Source: Phycisphaerae bacterium (GTDB taxonomy: Bacteria; Planctomycetota; Phycisphaerae; SM23-33). Taken from it: a DNA stretch of 64,000 nucleotides. Below, piece after piece: positions 18,876-31,053 of the stretch (positions within the stretch are counted from its first letter, which is position 1; the number at the start of each line of letters is the position of its first letter). The notes under the pieces are model-generated. The model ran no database searches. It saw only the letters and a program-made list of their open reading frames with translations, and had not been told where the DNA came from. Made by a program: the position numbers and the translations under genes. Location of the stretch: positions 192,048 to 256,047 of the forward strand of contig JAGXKT010000001.1 of the NCBI GenBank assembly GCA_018335035.1, written 5' to 3'.

Positions 18876-20300
18876 ATGCTACGATTCGGCGCTATGGTCA
18901 CGGCAACCCGTAAAAGGGGTACCCGAAAGGGGACCCGTAAGGTCGGCGGTCGTAAGAAGCCGGTGCGTAGCTACGAGGCCGCGATTGGCTGGCTTTCGTC
19001 GCACACCGATTACGAGCAGATGCTGCGCGTGCGCTACAATCGCGACACGTTCTCGTTGGATCGGATGAAGGATCTCCTGCGGCGTCTGGGCAAACCCCAC
19101 GACAAGCTCCACACGGTGCACATCGCCGGGACGAAGGGCAAGGGCTCGACGGCGACCATGCTGGCGCAGATGCTCAGCGCGTGCGGCTATCGCGTCGGGC
19201 TGTATACCTCCCCGCACATCTGCGAGTTGCGGGAGCGGATTACCATCAACGGGCAGATGGTGACGCAGGCGGCGCTGACGCGCCTGATCGCCGGCGTGCA
19301 GCCGCACATCGAGAAGATGGGCGACGATACGCCGACGTTCTTCGAGATTCTCACGGCGCTGGCCTTCCGGCACTTCGCCGACGAGGACGTGGATGTGGCC
19401 GTCATCGAGACGGGCCTCGGCGGGCGGCTGGACAGCACGAACGTGTTGACCCCGGCCGTTTGCGGGTTGACGAGCATCTCGCTGGACCACACGCATCAGC
19501 TCGGAAAGACGATCCGCGAGATTGCGGCTGAGAAGGCGGGCATTTTCAAGTCGGACACGCCGGCCGTCAGTGTCGCCCAGACCCCGGAGGCCAAGCGCGA
19601 GCTCAAGCGGGCGGCCAAGAAGGCCAACGCGCGGCTGATGTTCACGGGCGAGGAGATCGACTTCAGCTATCGCGTGGAGTCCTCGCGGCAGTCGGGCTGC
19701 CATGCGCGCATCTGCCTGACGACGGACCGCAGCCGGTTTGAGCACCTGCCCGTGCCGGCATTGGGCGAACACCAGGCGCTGAATTGCGGGCTGGCGCTGG
19801 CGCTGCTGGACCAGCTCAAGGATCAGGGCATGGCGATCGACGACGCCAAGGCGGTGGAGGGGCTGGCGTCCGTGTACCTGCCCGGTCGGATGGAGCTGGT
19901 CAACGCCGATCCGCGGATGCTGGTCGACGGGGCGCACAATGCCGCGTCGATCCAGGCGTTGATGCGCGCGGTGGCCCAGCATATTCCGTATGACTCGATG
20001 GTGCTGATTTTCGGCTGTGCGGCCGACAAGGACATCGAGGGCATGATGCGCGAACTGGCGACCGGCGCGGACAAGGTGATTTTCACCCGTGCGGCGGGCA
20101 ATCTGCGGGCGGCTGACCCCCACGATCTGGCGCGCTGCTACGACGAGGTCTGCGGACGCGTCGCTCAGGTCGCCGGTACGCTGGAGGAGGCCTTGCGCAC
20201 GGCCGATAGCGCCGTCAGCCGCGAGGACATCATCTGCGTGACCGGCTCGTTCTACCTCGTCGGCGAGGCCAAGGCCCTCCTGGCCAAGGCACGGGCGTAG
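18876..20300 (+). CDS. folC: Bifunctional folylpolyglutamate synthase / dihydrofolate synthase
   Basis: Mur-ligase P-loop HIAGTKGKGST, DSTNV and DHTHQLG motifs are present. The start is uncertain between the ATGs at 18876 and 18894. Confidence 0.8.
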   Translation: MLRFGAMVTATRKRGTRKGTRKVGGRKKPVRSYEAAIGWLSSHTDYEQMLRVRYNRDTFSLDRMKDLLRRLGKPHDKLHTVHIAGTKGKGSTATMLAQMLSACGYRVGLYTSPHICELRERITINGQMVTQAALTRLIAGVQPHIEKMGDDTPTFFEILTALAFRHFADEDVDVAVIETGLGGRLDSTNVLTPAVCGLTSISLDHTHQLGKTIREIAAEKAGIFKSDTPAVSVAQTPEAKRELKRAAKKANARLMFTGEEIDFSYRVESSRQSGCHARICLTTDRSRFEHLPVPALGEHQALNCGLALALLDQLKDQGMAIDDAKAVEGLASVYLPGRMELVNADPRMLVDGAHNAASIQALMRAVAQHIPYDSMVLIFGCAADKDIEGMMRELATGADKVIFTRAAGNLRAADPHDLARCYDEVCGRVAQVAGTLEEALRTADSAVSREDIICVTGSFYLVGEAKALLAKARA

Positions 20301-20310
20301 GGGCAGGACC

Positions 20311-20793
20311 CTACGCCGCGGCGCGTTCGGCGTGGGCGATCAGGTCGATGACTTCATCGGCGCTGGCGGCCTGGTTGAGTCGGCGACGAACGGTCTCAAC
20401 GCTCATCAACCGGCTGAGCCGCGCGAGAAGTTGAATCTGCGTGGCCGCTTCGGACGGCGGGGCCAGCAGCAGCACGACGAGCGTCACGGGGCATTCCGTT
20501 CCGTTTCCGAAATTCACCGGCTCGACGGTTCGCCCGAATGCCAACAGCGAACGGCTCGTCTGATCGGTCTTGGCGTGGGGCAGCGCCAGTCCGTGTCCGA
20601 TGTTGGTACTGGCGGTCTGCTCGCGCTGGAGGACGGCCTGGCGGACGGCGCCCGGGTCGTCGACGTCCCCGTTGGCGGCGAGCATGTCGATCAGTTCGGC
20701 GATGATGTCCGCTTTGCTCCCGCCGCGCAGTGGGATCTTGACGCGCTGGGGTGTCAGGATGTCCGTCAGGCCCATCAGGTCAGGCGACTCCAT
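20311..20793 (-). CDS. ptsN: PTS EIIA type-2 domain protein (EIIA-Ntr / PtsN-like)
   Basis: The protein is about 160 aa with the phosphorylatable His in LALPHAK. This is the fructose/mannitol-family IIA fold. Confidence 0.65.
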   Translation of the reverse strand: MESPDLMGLTDILTPQRVKIPLRGGSKADIIAELIDMLAANGDVDDPGAVRQAVLQREQTASTNIGHGLALPHAKTDQTSRSLLAFGRTVEPVNFGNGTECPVTLVVLLLAPPSEAATQIQLLARLSRLMSVETVRRRLNQAASADEVIDLIAHAERAAA

Positions 20794-21163
20794 GGCAGGG
20801 GCGGGCGTGTTCGTCGGCGCCCTCTGCCAGTATAGCTCTATCGGCCGAAGCGGCCAATGCCGATAAGGCGAACTTAACGCGGTCTTTTCCAGGCGGCTTT
20901 CTCAAGCGAAGGCGGCTGTCAGAATCGGCCACGCTCGGGCCTGTGTATGCAACCTTGGCAGGCCGCGGCGGCAGCGCCGCAGCCGGCGCGAAACCGCATC
21001 TCCTTGTCAAAAATGTATTTATCGTTCTCGGCACGCCGGTTGCTTTGGGAGACGCGTCAGGTGGCCTTGTGCGCCGCCGGTCGGCGGCGGGCACATGGCC
21101 CGTCGGAACCGGATTACAACGAAACGAGTCGTCGCAAACGTAGAGCCGAAGGAGACCCTCCCC

Positions 21164-22858
<1,695 letters not shown>

Positions 22859-23010
22859 GCCGATTTCCGATTGTCGATTGACGATTTCCGATGGCGTTGG
22901 GAGTTCGACGGGACACCTGCCGTTCTGAGAACGTCGAACCTCGACCGTCGAACGGGTAAATGGTATTCGCCCCCGAGGGCACGAGACCTGGAACCAAGGA
23001 GTGACGCAAA

Positions 23011-23298
23011 ATGGCAGTCAAACCGTTAGATGATCGCGTGTTGTTGAAGCAGTCCGAGGCCGAGGAAACCACCGCCGGGGGCATCGTCCTGCCGGACACC
23101 GCCAAGGAAAAGCCCCAGCGGGGCAAAGTCGTGGCCGTCGGTCCGGGCAAGGCGCTGGACAGCGGCGACCGGGCCGAGATGTCCCTCAAGAAGGGCGACG
23201 AGGTCTTCTACGGCAAGTACGTCGGCACGGACATCAAGATCGACGGCGAGGAATACGTCATCATCCGCGAGTCGGACGTGATGGCCGTCATCGAATAG
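23011..23298 (+). CDS. groES: Co-chaperonin GroES
   Basis: 95 aa, beginning [13 protein letters not shown], with the mobile loop [14 protein letters not shown]. Confidence 0.95.
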   Translation: MAVKPLDDRVLLKQSEAEETTAGGIVLPDTAKEKPQRGKVVAVGPGKALDSGDRAEMSLKKGDEVFYGKYVGTDIKIDGEEYVIIRESDVMAVIE

Positions 23299-23305
23299 TC
23301 GGTAA

Positions 23306-23460
23306 CTCGTGAATTCGTTTCGTTATCTCGTTGACTCGTTGACTCGCCGCGTCGCTGTCGTCGCGGGCTCGTACCGCGGCCGAACGCAAATGCTGCTCAG
23401 CGAGTTCACGGGTCCACGAATTCACGAGATAACGAATCAACGAGTCAACGAGACTACGAG
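23306..23460. repeat. Two oppositely oriented arrays of a degenerate 8-bp repeat (about CGTTGACT on the left, AGTCAACG on the right) flanking a GC-rich core
   Basis: Left array: actcgtga attcgttt cgttatct cgttgact cgttgact. Right array: cacgaatt cacgagat aacgaatc aacgagtc aacgagac tacgagtt. Both sit in the groES-groEL2 spacer. Confidence 0.6.
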
Positions 23461-23464
23461 TTAA

Positions 23465-25099
<1,635 letters not shown>

Positions 25100-25131
25100 T
25101 TGCGCGTGCGACGGCGTTGGCACTCGTCCAG

Positions 25132-25163
25132 AAGCCCACGGATGACGATCCGTGGGCTTTGGA
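25132..25163 (+). terminator. Hairpin terminator-like structure after groEL2
   Basis: aagcccacgga-tgacga-tccgtgggctt forms a perfect 11-bp stem. It is followed by ttgg...gttt, a short T-run. Confidence 0.5.
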
Positions 25164-25238
25164 CTGTTTGCGCCACACCGGTTGATTGGTGGGTCGCGGC
25201 GCGGCAATATGGCATGACTGGCGAACGACGGCGAATGG

Positions 25239-26375
25239 ATGCCTGATAAGCGCGACTATTACGAGGTTCTTGGCGTCGCCCGCGACGCGGACGGCAACGC
25301 GATCAAGCGCGCCTACCGCAAGCTGGCGCTGAAGTACCACCCGGACAAGTACGACGGCGATAAGGCCGAGGGCGAGCGGAAGTTCAAGGAGCTTGCCGAG
25401 GCCTACGAGGTTCTCTCCGACCCGGCCAAGCGGCAGCGGTACGACCGCTTCGGGCATGAGGGGCTGCGCGGCGCGGGCGTGCACGATTTCTCGTCGATGG
25501 GCTTCGGCGACATCTTCTCGATGTTCGAAGATATCTTCGGCGGGTTCGGCATGCGCCCCGGCGGCCGCGGACGCCGACGCTCGCGCGGGCTGGATCTGGA
25601 GACGGAGATCGAGATCGCCCTGGAGGACGTGCTGACCGGCTGTGAGCAGACGCTCGAATTCGAGCGGATGGACCTGTGCGAGACGTGCGGCGGCAACGGC
25701 GCCAAGCCGGGCACCAGCCCGACGCGCTGCGAAACGTGCGGCGGCTACGGGCAGGTGCAGCAGCAGTCGCCGGGCATTTTTGGCATGACCGTCCGCGTCA
25801 GCGCGTGCCCGCGCTGCGGCGGGCGCGGGCAGGTCGTCACCGACCCGTGCGGCGAGTGCGACGGCACCGGTCGGACGCGACGAAAACGCCAATTGACCGT
25901 GCGGATTCCGCCGGGAATCCGCGAGGGGCAGATCGTTCGCTGTCGCGGCGAGGGCGAGCCGGCCGCCGGCGGCACGGAGCGCGGCGACCTGCACTGCTAC
26001 GTCCGCATTCGTCCGCACCCGTTCCTGACCCGGCGCGGGCAGGACGTGGTCTGTCGCGTGCCGGTGACCTTCTCCCAGGCGGCGCTGGGCGGGACGGTCG
26101 AGGTGCCCACGCTGTCGGGCCGGGAGGAGATGGACATTCCCGCCGGCACGCAGAACGGCGACGTGATAACGCTCAAGCGGCGCGGGCTGCCGGCCGCCGG
26201 CAGCGGACGCCGGGGAGACCAGTGTGTTCAGGTCCGCGTCGAAGTGCCGCGCAAGCTCACCAGTGAGCAGCGACGCCTGCTGGGCGAGTACGCCAAAACG
26301 GAAAACGCCGACGTCGCGCCCGAACGCACGGGATTTCTCGATAAGCTCAAGGAGTACTTCGGCGCCAAGTCGTAG
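25239..26375 (+). CDS. dnaJ: Chaperone DnaJ
   Basis: J-domain with HPD (YHPDK), a G/F region, and four CxxCxGxG zinc-finger repeats. Confidence 0.9.
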   Translation: MPDKRDYYEVLGVARDADGNAIKRAYRKLALKYHPDKYDGDKAEGERKFKELAEAYEVLSDPAKRQRYDRFGHEGLRGAGVHDFSSMGFGDIFSMFEDIFGGFGMRPGGRGRRRSRGLDLETEIEIALEDVLTGCEQTLEFERMDLCETCGGNGAKPGTSPTRCETCGGYGQVQQQSPGIFGMTVRVSACPRCGGRGQVVTDPCGECDGTGRTRRKRQLTVRIPPGIREGQIVRCRGEGEPAAGGTERGDLHCYVRIRPHPFLTRRGQDVVCRVPVTFSQAALGGTVEVPTLSGREEMDIPAGTQNGDVITLKRRGLPAAGSGRRGDQCVQVRVEVPRKLTSEQRRLLGEYAKTENADVAPERTGFLDKLKEYFGAKS

Positions 26376-26433
26376 CGCCGCGTGATGCGAGGAGCCGGGC
26401 GGTTGCCAAGCCGACCGGTCCCGGATGTAACCC

Positions 26434-27090
26434 ATGACCAGCAAGAAGAAACGCAAACACGACCGAGACCGCGAATTCGACGAGACCGACGCGCTGCAAC
26501 CGACGCCGGAGTCGCAGCCGGAATCGGGCTCATCCGGCGAGGCGCCGCCGAATGAGCCGTTGACGCCGGACGACGAGCTTGAGCAGCTTCGCGCCGAACG
26601 CGACGGGTTGCTGCAGCGGCTTCAGCGCCTCTCGGCCGACTATCGGAACTATCAGAAGCGCGTGCAGCGCGACATCGCCCATGCGCGCGATTACGCCAAC
26701 GAGGAACTGATCAAGTCGATGCTCGCGGTGCTGGACGACATGGAGCGTGCGCTGACCGCCGCTCGCGAGAATCACGACGAAGACGACCCGCTGCTCAAGG
26801 GCATGCAGATCGTCCACGACAATGCCCTGGCGACGCTGGAGAAGTTCGGCGTCGAGCGGATCGCCGCCGAGGGCGAGCCGTTCGATCCGGACCTGCATCA
26901 GGCGGTGATGCAACAGCCGGCCGACGAGCCGGCCATGACCGTGCTTCAGGAGGTGCAGACGGGCTACCGCCTCAAGGGCCGGACGATCCGCCCGAGTTCG
27001 GTCATCGTCTCCCAAGGGCCCGGCGCCGAGGCCGATGGCACGGCGCCGGACGACGTGGTCGACGAAGACAAGCCCGATGCGGGCGACTGA
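26434..27090 (+). CDS. grpE: Nucleotide exchange factor GrpE
   Basis: GrpE coiled-coil plus beta-domain (FDPDLHQAV...GYRLKGRTIRPSSV). Confidence 0.85.
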   Translation: MTSKKKRKHDRDREFDETDALQPTPESQPESGSSGEAPPNEPLTPDDELEQLRAERDGLLQRLQRLSADYRNYQKRVQRDIAHARDYANEELIKSMLAVLDDMERALTAARENHDEDDPLLKGMQIVHDNALATLEKFGVERIAAEGEPFDPDLHQAVMQQPADEPAMTVLQEVQTGYRLKGRTIRPSSVIVSQGPGAEADGTAPDDVVDEDKPDAGD

Positions 27091-27102
27091 CGGGAGCGGC
27101 CG

Positions 27103-27435
27103 ATGCCGACATACGATTACGAATGCCAGGCCTGCGGGCACGCGTTCGAGAAGTTCCAATCCATCACGGCCCGGCCGGTGCGCAAGTGCCCCAAATGCGG
27201 GCGGAACAAGGCCAAGCGGCTGATCGGGACGGGAGCGGGCGTCATCTTCAAAGGCAGCGGCTTCTACCAGACGGACTATCGCAAGAGCCCACCGCCCAAA
27301 GGCGAGGGACAGGGCTCCGGAGGCGACGGCGGGTCCAAAGACGGCGACGGCGGGTCAGGTGACGGCAAGGATGCGGGCGGCGGCAAAGCGGACGATGCCG
27401 CCGGCGGCGCAAGCGACAAGACGGACGCTTCGTAA
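27103..27435 (+). CDS. FmdB-family zinc-ribbon protein with Gly/Asp-rich tail
   Basis: MPTYDYECQACGH...CPKCG matches the Zn-ribbon CxxC...CxxC. The gene starts 12 nt after the grpE stop. Confidence 0.6.
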   Translation: MPTYDYECQACGHAFEKFQSITARPVRKCPKCGRNKAKRLIGTGAGVIFKGSGFYQTDYRKSPPPKGEGQGSGGDGGSKDGDGGSGDGKDAGGGKADDAAGGASDKTDAS

Positions 27436-27553
27436 GGCGGGCGACGGACCCGCGAAAAGAATTGCATAGGTCCCGTTGCGGTCTATAATTCGGGCACGTG
27501 CTACGCGGTTGTGAACGTCTGTCCCGAGAACACGGACGGAAAGGAATGACGCC

Positions 27554-29476
27554 ATGGCGCAAGAGCAAACCGAACTGAGAAGTGTCAATTGGAAGGAGAT
27601 CTTCAGCTTCTCCCACCTCTTCTCGAGCTTCCGCATGGGCATCCACCTCAGCAAGCTCATGTTGGCGCTGGCGGTCATCATCGTCGTTTTCGTGGCCGGC
27701 TGGGTCCTGGACGGCATCTGGTCGGCGGCGGGCAGCTACGCGCACGTCAGCGAACCGGCGATGTTCCTGAGCCAGCCCGATGCCGCCTTCGAGCAGGGAA
27801 AGCAGCAATGGTTGGAGGAACGGGACACGGCCTCGGCCGGCTTGCGGGCGACGCGGTACAACAACCGGCACACGCTGGCGGAGTTCGCCGGACGGCTCGA
27901 TGGCGCCCGCGTCATTCCCGACGAGGCCGAGCGCGAGCCGGACGACCCATGGCTGGGCCCGGCGTTCGCGGAACTCTGGCGGGAGAAGCGCGAGGAGGAT
28001 TTCGAGCCGCGCCAGGCCTCGACGTTCCAGGACGACGGCTGGTCCGAGAACCTCGCGCGGGCGCGCGAGGAATTCGACAAGGAAGTCGACAAGATCGAGG
28101 GTCTTCTCGAAGACAGTTATGAGCAGGCCAGAATTGATATCGGCAAGTCCCTCAAGACCAGCAGCGCTCAGGAAGAGGCCGAGGAGAACCTCGCCGAGGA
28201 ATATACCGACGCGTTGGTCGCGCTGACCGATCATCAGGAGCAGTTCAACGGGCAGGTGGAACAGGTCCGCGGGGTGCCGCTCTATGACAAGTTCATGGAC
28301 TACGAGAGCACGTGCCTGCGGAATGCCGTCACGGCCGTGCTGCGCGGCGACATCTTCACGGGGCTGGACGTCTACCAGCAGATGGTTCGCGACGAGGGGC
28401 AGCCGATGCCCGCCCCCGGAGCGGCCGGCTTCCTGTTCTGGGTGCTGGCGGCGGTGACGGGGGTGCACTGGCTTCTGGCCGAGCACTGGCTGTTCGCGAT
28501 TCTGCTGGGCGCGATCGTCCTGGCGGCATGGGCGTTGTTCGGCGGGGCGATCCATCGCATCGCGGCGCTGCATGCGGCGCGGGACGAGAAGATATCCATC
28601 ACCCAGGCGCTGAAATTCTCCATGAGCAAATTCCTGAGCTTCTTCATGGCGCCGCTGATTCCGCTGGCGGTGATCTTCATCCTCGGCGGGCTGTTGATCG
28701 TCGGCGGGCTGTTGGGCAACCTGTGGGGCTTCGGCGCGATTCTCGTGGGGCTGTTGTTCCTGCTGGCGATTCTGCTGGGCCTGGCGATCGCGTTCCTCGT
28801 CGTCGGGCTGGTGACCGGCGCGGCGCTGATGTATCCGACCATCGCCGTCGAGGGCTCCGACAGCTTCGATGCCATCAGCCGCAGCTTTTCCTACGTCTTC
28901 GCCAAGCCGTGGCGCGCGGGCCTTTACGCTGTCGTGGCCGTCGTCTACGGCGTGATCTGTTACCTGTTCGTGCGTGCCTTCGCCTACGTGGCGCTTTTGG
29001 CGACGCACTGGTTCGCCAAAATCGGCATCTGGGCCGGCGGCGCACGCCTGGGCGCTGCGGACAAGATGGACGTGATGTGGCCGACACCGTCGTTCGGCGA
29101 TTTCCATCCGCCGCTGCCCTGGGAGGCGATGAGCACCAGTGAGTCGATCGGTGCGTTTCTGATCGGCATGTGGGTCTACCTTATCGCCGCGCTCGTCCTG
29201 GCGTTCGCGCTGTCGTATTGCGCCAGTGCCACGACCGTGATCTACTACCTGCTTCGCCGCAAGGTCGACGCGACCGATCTCGACGACGTCTACGTCGAGC
29301 AGACCGAGGAGGAGTTCCCGCCGGCCGAGGGCGAACCGCCCGCCGAACAACAGGGTGACAGCCAGCCCCAGGCGCCGGAGTCGTCCGGCGACGGCGGCGG
29401 CGCGTCCGGCGAGTCTGAAGACGCCGGCTCCGACGAGCAGTCGCAAGAGCCGTCGGATGACGAGGGCGCTTCGTAG
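27554..29476 (+). CDS. Hypothetical polytopic membrane protein with acidic C-terminal tail
   Basis: 640 aa. One N-terminal TM, a ~250 aa charged helical segment, then about 8 TM helices. The C-terminal 80 aa are Glu/Asp/Ser-rich. Confidence 0.5.
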   Translation: MAQEQTELRSVNWKEIFSFSHLFSSFRMGIHLSKLMLALAVIIVVFVAGWVLDGIWSAAGSYAHVSEPAMFLSQPDAAFEQGKQQWLEERDTASAGLRATRYNNRHTLAEFAGRLDGARVIPDEAEREPDDPWLGPAFAELWREKREEDFEPRQASTFQDDGWSENLARAREEFDKEVDKIEGLLEDSYEQARIDIGKSLKTSSAQEEAEENLAEEYTDALVALTDHQEQFNGQVEQVRGVPLYDKFMDYESTCLRNAVTAVLRGDIFTGLDVYQQMVRDEGQPMPAPGAAGFLFWVLAAVTGVHWLLAEHWLFAILLGAIVLAAWALFGGAIHRIAALHAARDEKISITQALKFSMSKFLSFFMAPLIPLAVIFILGGLLIVGGLLGNLWGFGAILVGLLFLLAILLGLAIAFLVVGLVTGAALMYPTIAVEGSDSFDAISRSFSYVFAKPWRAGLYAVVAVVYGVICYLFVRAFAYVALLATHWFAKIGIWAGGARLGAADKMDVMWPTPSFGDFHPPLPWEAMSTSESIGAFLIGMWVYLIAALVLAFALSYCASATTVIYYLLRRKVDATDLDDVYVEQTEEEFPPAEGEPPAEQQGDSQPQAPESSGDGGGASGESEDAGSDEQSQEPSDDEGAS

Positions 29477-29677
29477 CCCACAGGTCGGCTTACGCCTCGC
29501 ACCCCGATAGGCGCCGCCCGGCGCAACGGGCGGCGCCGCGTGACGCCGCAGCGCGCCCAACGTGCCGCGGGTGTCGCACACGGCCCCAGACGGGCCCGGC
29601 ACAGGGCGAGCGTCCCTTCGCGCCGCGGCGCGCGTGTGCTATCCTGCCCGCGTCACCCACGCCTCTGGGAGAAGACG

Positions 29678-30934
29678 ATGACGGACTTCAGCGATGCTGA
29701 CGCGCTGGCTGCGGCCGTCCGAAAGGCCGTCGACGAAACGCCCATCACGGACATTCACACGCACCTGTTTCCGCCGTCGCACGGAGACCTGCTGCTGTGG
29801 GGCGTCGACGAGCTGCTGACGTATCACTATCTCGTGGCCGAGCTGTTCACGGTGGCCCCGCGCGACGTGACGCCGCAGGCGTTCTGGAAGCTGCCCAAGC
29901 GGCGCCAGGCCGATCTGGTCTGGGAGCACGTCTTTCTGAAGCACGGCGCGCTGAGCGAGGCGGCTCGCGGTGTGGTGACCACGCTGAACCTGCTGGGGCT
30001 CGACATCGCCGGGCGCGACCTGGGCGGCATCCGCGCCTGGTTCGACGCTCAGGAGGTCGAGCCGTATCTCGAGCGCGTGCTGGACCTGGCGGGCATTGAC
30101 TACGCGGTGATGACCAACGACCCCTTTCAGCCGGCTGAGGTGCCACACTGGCGCGACGGCGCGCCCGGCTGCGACCGGCTCAGGCCCGCCCTGCGGATCG
30201 ACCCGGTGATCGTCAACTGGCCGGCGGCGGCGCAGACGATGCGCGAGGCGGGCTACGGCACCGCCCCCGAGACCGACGCCCAGAGCTACGCCGAGGCGCG
30301 GCGGTTCCTGACCGACTGGGCGGGCACGCTCGGCGACCCGGTCTACCTGGCCGCCTCGCTGCCGCCGGAGTTTCGCTATCCTTCGGACAGCCCCAGCGCC
30401 CGGACCATGCGCAACGTGGTGCTCCCGACGGCGCGCGAGCTGGATCTGCCGATCGCGCTGATGATCGGCGCGCGCAAAGGCGTCAACCGCGCCCTCGGGG
30501 ACGCCGGCGACTCGGTCGGCGTGGCGGACGTGACGGCCGTTCAGAAGCTTTGCGCCGAGCACCCCGACGTGAAATTCCTCGTGACGATGCTCAGCCGCGT
30601 CAACCAGCACGAGCTGTGTGTCTGCGCGCGGAAGTTCGGCAATTTGCATCTGTTCGGCTGCTGGTGGTTCTGCAACGATCCGAGCATCATTCGCGAGATG
30701 TCCCTTCAGCGCCTGGAGTTGCTGGGCGCGACCTTTACGGCCAACCATTCCGACGCCCGCGTGCTGGACCAGCTCGTGTACAAATGGCGGCACACGCGCG
30801 ATGTCGTCGGCGAGGTGCTCGTCGAGAAATACCGTCTGCTGTTCGCCGCCGGATGGCGACCGACTGCTGAAGAGATCGCACGCGACGTGCGGGCGCTGTT
30901 TGGCGGCGCCTTTTGTGACTTCCTGGCCAAGTAG
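29678..30934 (+). CDS. uxaC: Glucuronate isomerase (uronate isomerase)
   Basis: ITDIHTHL aligns with UxaC DYHCHL and FGCWWFCNDPS with UxaC GSGWWFND. GGGAGAAG lies upstream of the ATG at 29678. Confidence 0.75.
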   Translation: MTDFSDADALAAAVRKAVDETPITDIHTHLFPPSHGDLLLWGVDELLTYHYLVAELFTVAPRDVTPQAFWKLPKRRQADLVWEHVFLKHGALSEAARGVVTTLNLLGLDIAGRDLGGIRAWFDAQEVEPYLERVLDLAGIDYAVMTNDPFQPAEVPHWRDGAPGCDRLRPALRIDPVIVNWPAAAQTMREAGYGTAPETDAQSYAEARRFLTDWAGTLGDPVYLAASLPPEFRYPSDSPSARTMRNVVLPTARELDLPIALMIGARKGVNRALGDAGDSVGVADVTAVQKLCAEHPDVKFLVTMLSRVNQHELCVCARKFGNLHLFGCWWFCNDPSIIREMSLQRLELLGATFTANHSDARVLDQLVYKWRHTRDVVGEVLVEKYRLLFAAGWRPTAEEIARDVRALFGGAFCDFLAK

Positions 30935-31053
30935 GCATTCGCGTCGCGCGCGGTGCGGGCAATCGCTGCGGTCGTTTGACGCGCGGACGCCTCCCCGCTA
31001 TGATTTGCGGCCGATGAAGCCCCGCGAGCGGCGGGCTGAACTGGGAGCAGGAC

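Noticed and set aside
23306-23460. CRISPR-like array interpretation of the 8-bp repeats
   Set aside because: Units are only 8 bp with no spacers, and they are arranged in inverted orientation. There are no cas genes in the window.
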